DNA of 64,000 nucleotides from a bacterium (GTDB lineage: Bacteria > UBA8248): contig CBDBBI010000010.1 of the NCBI GenBank assembly GCA_965202625.1, positions 2,560,001 to 2,624,000 on the forward strand, in the 5' to 3' direction. Positions 60,901 to 64,000 of this stretch are shown here, one piece after another. The notes under the pieces were generated by a model. The model saw nothing but the letters and a program-made list of their open reading frames with translations, was not told where the DNA came from and did not search any database. The position numbers and the translations under genes were made by a program. The stretch's first letter is position 1, and every line of letters starts with the position of its first letter.

Positions 60901-61495
60901 GCTTATTCCGTTTCGGGTTGAAAGTGGCGGCTATTGCTGATGCGCTTGAACTTATCGGAACATCGCCGCGAATGGGAACGGATGTAAAATCCAATAATAT
61001 CCGCTATCTTAATTTCCACTACCTCCTTATATCATCATCCTTTCATTCGGACAAGAAGCGGTCGTTTCCCGGACGGTTACGGTAGAGGTGCGTCTCCGGA
61101 AGGTGGGGAGAGTCCGCCTAACGCTAGAGTAAAATTTCAGGACGACGAGAGTCAGGGACATTCGGTCCCGCTATACTGCCGATTAGGGCGAACAATGGAC
61201 CTTTGCGTTTCCACTCTGAGTTGCGCGATGGACGTATTTAGGTCGATTTTCTTGGCGACTCTTACACTGAGAGGGTCCTTGAACGTGTTTCTACGCCTCG
61301 CCAAGGGGTTTCGCCTGGATGCGGAAACATTCTCTTCCACCGCCCTGACGCGAATGACGCAAACCACCTGAAGGTCGCGCGAGGCGGGCGTTTCGCCCGC
61401 CCCTTATGTTTACCCGTCCATCGGGAACGAGAGGACGTCGACGGCGTACTTCCGTCTGCCCCTCACCGAGAGGCGAAACGAATAGTTGCATTTGC

Positions 61496-62272
61496 TTATC
61501 TTCCCTGAAAATGGGCCGCTCTTTTTTCAAGGAACGCTGACGTTCCCTCGACTTTGTCCTCCGTGGTCATCAGGCAGGCCTGCCCCAGCCGCTCGGCGAT
61601 CATGCCCGCCTCCGGACCGAACTTGAGACCTGCGTTGATGGCGATTTTCGCCATGCGCACCGCCAGCGGCCCTTTGCGCATCATCTTTCGGGCACACTCG
61701 CGCGCGGCGTCCAATAGCCGCCTCCCCGAAACGACTTGGTTGACCAGACCGATGCGGTGGGCTTCATGCGCATCAATGACCTCTCCCGTCAGGATTAACT
61801 CCTTCGCTCTTCCGACGCCCACGAGGGCGGCGAGCCGCTGTGTGCCGCCCGCCCCCGGCATTATGCCGAGGTTCACCTCGGGCTGCCCGAACCTGGCGTT
61901 TTCACACGCTATGCGGATGTCGCAAGCCATAGCGAGCTCGCAACCTCCGCCGAGGGCGAAGCCGTTGACAGCGGCAATGATCGGCTTCTCCACGATCTCC
62001 AGCCGCGTTAGCGTCCGCTGAGAGGGAGCGGCGAGCCCGTCGATGAGATTTCGCTCCTTCATTTGGGCGATATCAGAGCCTGCAGCGAAGCATTTCTCCC
62101 CGGCGCCCGTGAAGATGACGACGTGAACCTCGCCGTCTGATTCGAGCGCCTCTACAACGGCACCGACCTCCCGCCACGTCTGGGGGTCGAGTGCATTTTT
62201 TTTCTCAGGGCGGTTGATGGTGATGAGCGCGATTCCCTCTGAGCGCTCGACCAATAAGTTCTCGTATGGCAT
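61496..62272 (-). CDS. enoyl-CoA hydratase / crotonase
   Basis: NRPEKKNAL, FAAGSDI, GFALGGGCELA, GQPE..GIMPGAGGTQRL. Confidence 0.93.
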   Translation of the reverse strand: MPYENLLVERSEGIALITINRPEKKNALDPQTWREVGAVVEALESDGEVHVVIFTGAGEKCFAAGSDIAQMKERNLIDGLAAPSQRTLTRLEIVEKPIIAAVNGFALGGGCELAMACDIRIACENARFGQPEVNLGIMPGAGGTQRLAALVGVGRAKELILTGEVIDAHEAHRIGLVNQVVSGRRLLDAARECARKMMRKGPLAVRMAKIAINAGLKFGPEAGMIAERLGQACLMTTEDKVEGTSAFLEKRAAHFQGR

Positions 62273-62530
62273 TTCCGTCTCGCTCCTTTTGTGTGAGGTC
62301 CGCGTTGGTGACGCAACGGTGGAAATTCTCCCCGATGCGGGGAAGTCCTTGCGTCATTGTTAGACGGGAATATAGCCCATGGCGCGACGTTCGTCACCTG
62401 AGAGCACGACCGGTTCGGAGAGATTTTTTGTAAAAAAATTTAAGAATTTCGTGGTTATAGATTCCGTATCACATCAAAATATGTTGCTAAACATATAGAA
62501 ATTAGATAGTTAGGAAAAAAACCCACCTTG

Positions 62531-62557
62531 CTAGCAGCCAACTTGATTGAGTGCTAA
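62531..62557 (+). promoter_or_regulatory. CIRCE-like operator upstream of groES
   Basis: CTAGCAGCC-N9-GAGTGCTAA (right arm perfect), followed by TTGACA at 62564-62569. Confidence 0.8.
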
Positions 62558-62709
62558 TATCGCTTGACAAACCTTCGCACCTTGTCATATACATTTTGGC
62601 AGTAAGAAATTGTGTCGGGTTCGATTGGCGTTTCGCCCGTGTGATTTCGAGTATTTTCGATGCGTTTTTTTCACGAGAAAGCGGTATTCTCACCTACAAG
62701 GAGGAAGAG

Positions 62710-63012
62710 ATGGCAAAGGTCAAAACAAAGATACAGCCTCTTCAGGATCGCATTTTGGTGAAGCGCCTGGATGCGGAAGAGGAGCAGATCGGGGGCATCA
62801 TCATCCCGGATACTGCGAAAGAAAAGCCCCAGGAGGGGGAAGTCGTCGCCGTGGGCCCCGGCAAGGTGACCGACGATGGCAAAAGACAGGCCCCCGAAGT
62901 GAGTGAGGGCGACAAAATTCTTTTCGCTAAATACGCGGGCACCGAGGTGAAGTCCGAGGGCGTGGAGTATCTGATCATGCGCGAAGATGACGTGCTGGCG
63001 ATCATCAACTAG
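62710..63012 (+). CDS. groES: co-chaperonin GroES
   Basis: [30 protein letters not shown]; AGGAGG RBS. Confidence 0.98.
   Translation: MAKVKTKIQPLQDRILVKRLDAEEEQIGGIIIPDTAKEKPQEGEVVAVGPGKVTDDGKRQAPEVSEGDKILFAKYAGTEVKSEGVEYLIMREDDVLAIIN

Positions 63013-64000
<988 letters not shown>

Noticed and set aside
61383-61401. GGCGGGCG-TTT-CGCCCGCC hairpin as a terminator or ncRNA
   Set aside because: The stem is real, but there is no U-tract on the crotonase strand and no other RNA family features

Overview
High-GC bacterial chromosome window, mostly housekeeping: thiE-acs; dtd-TIGR02757-NAD kinase-recN; glgA-glgC; hrcA-dehydratase-prmA-rsmE-purD; a sigma54 two-component pair; tmk-holB-PSP1/ricT-metG-TatD/radical-SAM; Lhr helicase; groES-groEL. 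CIRCE operators lie upstream of both hrcA and groES. Four accessory blocks stand out. (1) A lower-GC island at about 2.9-8.3 kb is built from phage-like pieces. It holds three copies of one small HTH-like domain, a truncated SF2 helicase, and a tandem pair of paralogous HsdR-N/PD-(D/E)XK genes with swapped C-termini. One has a degenerate nuclease motif plus a SeqA-like tail; the other has an intact motif fused to a phage primase-type P-loop ATPase. (2) An 11-gene type II FAS/PKS cluster at 14.5-24.2 kb has an extended AcpXL-like ACP, two Cys-containing and two Cys-less ketosynthases, and a terminal LpxL-type acyltransferase. (3) A DpnA-like methyltransferase plus putative endonuclease at 50.8-52.4 kb. 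(4) A CapRel-like RelA/SpoT gene plus a convergent R-M pair at 58.2-60.9 kb. Several decayed genes are visible. No tRNA, rRNA, CRISPR array, integrase or transposase was recognised. All family assignments come from motif recognition by eye, not database searches.
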